NCBI RefSeq assembly: GCF_006345805.1
Contig: NC_043004.1
Span: forward strand, 23,560,001 to 23,624,000
DNA: 64,000 bases
Source of the DNA: Octopus sinensis
Taxonomy: Eukaryota
Reading direction: 5' to 3'
Part shown: in pieces, positions 60,986-64,000 of the stretch
Layout: every line of letters starts with the position of its first letter
Numbering within the stretch: position 1 is the stretch's first letter
Notes under the pieces: generated by a model
The model's input: only the letters and a program-made list of their open reading frames with translations
Told to the model about the DNA's origin: nothing
Databases searched by the model: none
Made by a program: the position numbers and the translations under genes

Positions 60986-62890
60986 ATAAAGCCATAAGAT
61001 TTATTTTCGTATAACAGTCTACAAATAATATAGAAAAATAGATATCAGGGTATTCAATATGAAAAGAAGGAGAGGAACAGCTAACTCATATGCATGAAAA
61101 CAAATTGCCCTGGGTATAGAATATATTAAAACGTTATTAAAATCTCATTGAACAAACAAGATAAGCATTACACTTAATCATAAATTGGCATCGTAATATA
61201 TTAGAAAAGAAAATCCATCCAGAAAATTATAAATACCCTTATTAAGAGAAAGTCCACTAACCTGCAAATTTGAATAAACTCCAGATAATTAGTGCAATTT
61301 ATACATTTTTAGGCAAACATGAATATTGCAAACCTTAGGGGCTAGCAAATATCTCTGTTTCCTTCCGACAACCGTGCATCTTTAAGAAGCCATTAAAACA
61401 CAACAAAAAAAAAAAGGAGACAGAAATGCAACAGAATTGTCGCAGTAGCTGTATTAATAACAAAATGTGACACACAAATCAACGCCGCTTCACTACATAG
61501 TTATCAAAATAAATAAACTTTCTGCATTAAGTCCACACTAGCAACACATTAGCGCCATACGCGAATACTAATCACTTCCCATAGAGTATTTCTTGGATGA
61601 TTATAAAATGAAGATTGGTATTAATAATGAAAGACCAATTAAAATCCAGCAATGAACAATGAGAATCAATTATACCAACAGTCAACAAAACATAAGAATC
61701 CAGCACTGACCAACCAGAAATTTTTACATCACAGTCAATGACCAGTTAAAATTCATTATGAACCAATGAGAAATATTTACGTCAACAGACAACGACGAAC
61801 AATGAAGAACTGATTGTTCGTCGAAACAACGAGAAACCCCAGCAACAGTCAATGAGAAACAGTTACAACAACACTCGGCTACCAATTAAAATCTAATATC
61901 AAAACATCATTAAACTATAAAACTTTCGGTTTGACCTATTGCTTGCGATAGTCACTCTAACCAGGAGCTACCTCTCGGTTTTAAGTCAATAAAAAGAAAC
62001 ACTTAAAGAGCAGCATTCTGTGAAAGTCTCAACTTCTTTTGTCATGTTAGCTATAGTTGCTGACATTCAGCTAGAGTAAAAATACGATCGACTAAAATCC
62101 TTGAATCTTATATGGTTTGCGAGATCGCAAACCATAGAAAATTAGAAATATAAAGCAAAATAATAATGTAAACGTTTTTCACTTTTGTCAGAAGCTATGA
62201 TCTTCAAGCGCTGAATTTGACAGTACAAATAGTACATGATACTAATGATTAATAACAGCAGTGTAGATTTGATACGACTATATCACCACAGAAGGACTGG
62301 CTTTGGGAAGAATGGATGTAGGTAGGACTTCGTATAATTGATATCGATATCAATATCAGTGGACATGAAACATCTCAATTCATTGAAATAATGGCTTATG
62401 TAATGGAAAGTTTTACGAAAAAGCTAATACGATGCTTGCAGTTCTGAACGTGATAATATTAAAATGTATCAATGTAACTACTAAAAACGTTTCATTTGCT
62501 TTTTTCTATCTATAATTATAAGTATGCCATCAAGAAAGTTTAATGAGCCATAGACTATAAATCACGTTGCTACAATTAGTTTCTGATAAAAAGAAAAAAG
62601 AGAAAGTTATAAAATTTGATGTAACTCTAAGGCGAACGACATCTATGAAATTTGATTGGATGTTTGAAGTTGAAAAAGGATCGGAAACTGTAAGGAATGA
62701 TATAAAGCAGAAGTCAGTTATGTCTGTCTTCATATCCTGGCTATTTGGTATTGTAACAAGTACAAATCTACGAAACCATTTTTAAAATATAAAGGTCTAA
62801 CATAAATAGGAAGCAGATTATATTTATTATTAAGTGCAATGGTTATCTTGTTTGTTCAATGAGATTTTAACAGTGTTTTAATATATTATA

Positions 62891-63089
62891 GGTGTAGGAG
62901 TGGCTGTGTGGTAACTAGCTTGCTTACGAACCTTGCATGGCACATTGGGCAAGTGTCTTCTATTATAGCTTCGGGCCGACCAAAGCCTTGTGAGTGGATT
63001 TGGTAGACGGAAACTAAAAGAAGCCCGTCTTATATATATACATTTATATATATATGTATACATACGACATATATGTAAATATATATGAA

Positions 63090-63148
<59 letters not shown>

Positions 63149-63162
63149 CGACGTATATGTAA

Positions 63163-63209
<47 letters not shown>

Positions 63210-63354
63210 ATATATAAGAAAATATTAAAGAGTGAAAAAACGACAGAAGGCTTAAATGTTAATTTTTTAACATTTAAGCCTTCTGTCGTTTTTTCACTCT
63301 TTAATATTTTCTTATATATTCACCCACGTGCTTTACCAAACAAACTTTCTTATC

Positions 63355-63433
<79 letters not shown>

Positions 63434-63670
63434 ATGTGTGTGTGTATATGTTTGTGTGTCTGTGTTTGTCCCCCCAACATCGCTTGACAACCGATGCTGG
63501 TGTGTTTACGTCCCGGTAACTTAGCGGTTCGGCAAATGATAACCAATAGAATAAGTACTAGTTTTACAAAGAATAAGTTCTGGGGTTGATTTGCTCGACT
63601 AAAGGCGGTGCTCTAGCATGGCCTCAGTCAAATGACTGAAACAAGTAACAGAGAGTAAAGAGTAAAGAGA
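62891..63670 (+). mobile_element. SINE family A with an expanded core containing a fold-back insert
   Basis: Head at 62891, tail at ~63670, insert at 63210-63353. Confidence 0.85.
63210..63319. repeat. Perfect inverted repeat, 53-bp arms, TTTT loop
   Basis: 63210-63262 is the reverse complement of 63267-63319. Confidence 0.95.
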
Positions 63671-63904
63671 ATATATATTCACACACACACACACACGGAT
63701 CTTTATAGTCAACACGTCTATTAGGAAAAATCATCTATGGATTAACTCATAGCAATGTGTGCCTGGATAAAGTATAAGCGCATACACACAATGTACAAAA
63801 GATTTTCCCAAAATGTTCGTCTCATTCTGCTTTTCTAAGGGTCCTTTTAAATAGACATCAAGTTTTAAGAAAACTCTTTCCTCATCTCTCTCCCTTTCAC
63901 TGAA

Positions 63905-64000
63905 TAGGTATGTATGTATGTATGTATGTATGTATGTATGTATGTATGTATGTATGTATGATGTATGTATGTACGTACGTATGCATGCATGTATGTATGT
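63905..64000. repeat. (ATGT)n microsatellite (runs off the window)
   Basis: Seen directly. Confidence 0.97.

Noticed and set aside
1-64000. CRISPR arrays, rRNA, operon-type or prokaryotic systems
   Set aside because: This is eukaryotic intronic DNA. No constant-repeat/unique-spacer array is present; the 40.2-kb repeat has microsatellite spacers.

Overview
Eukaryotic, AT-rich, repeat-saturated DNA. The SINE families and microsatellite load look like Octopus; that is inferred from remembered repeat families and was not checked. The only host gene I can support is a receptor (membrane) guanylyl cyclase of the natriuretic-peptide-receptor (GC-A/GC-B) type on the minus strand. Three kinase-homology-domain exons are present (29606-29535, 27319-27154, 8879-8718), with canonical GT-AG sites and matching phases. 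The rest of the window appears to be intron of this gene. It is filled with tRNA-derived SINEs (three or more families), mariner relics, RTE, R4/Dong-like, Tx1/L1 and Penelope fragments, a non-autonomous Helitron, a HINE-like element, TTAA-flanked MITEs, a 4x279-bp tandem duplication, several fold-back palindromes and many microsatellites. Almost all ORFs in the supplied track are microsatellite or repeat noise. The most notable signal is a set of type-I hammerhead ribozyme motifs from several unrelated repeat families. One has a complete, foldable topology on the gene's sense strand (9673-9612). Another lies in a TSD-flanked, fold-back, circularly permuted ~325-bp unit that also carries Pol III A/B boxes (16100-16661), which resembles a retrozyme or the Schistosoma SM-alpha repeat. 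No CRISPR, rRNA or genuine tRNA genes were found. SINE and relic boundaries are approximate.
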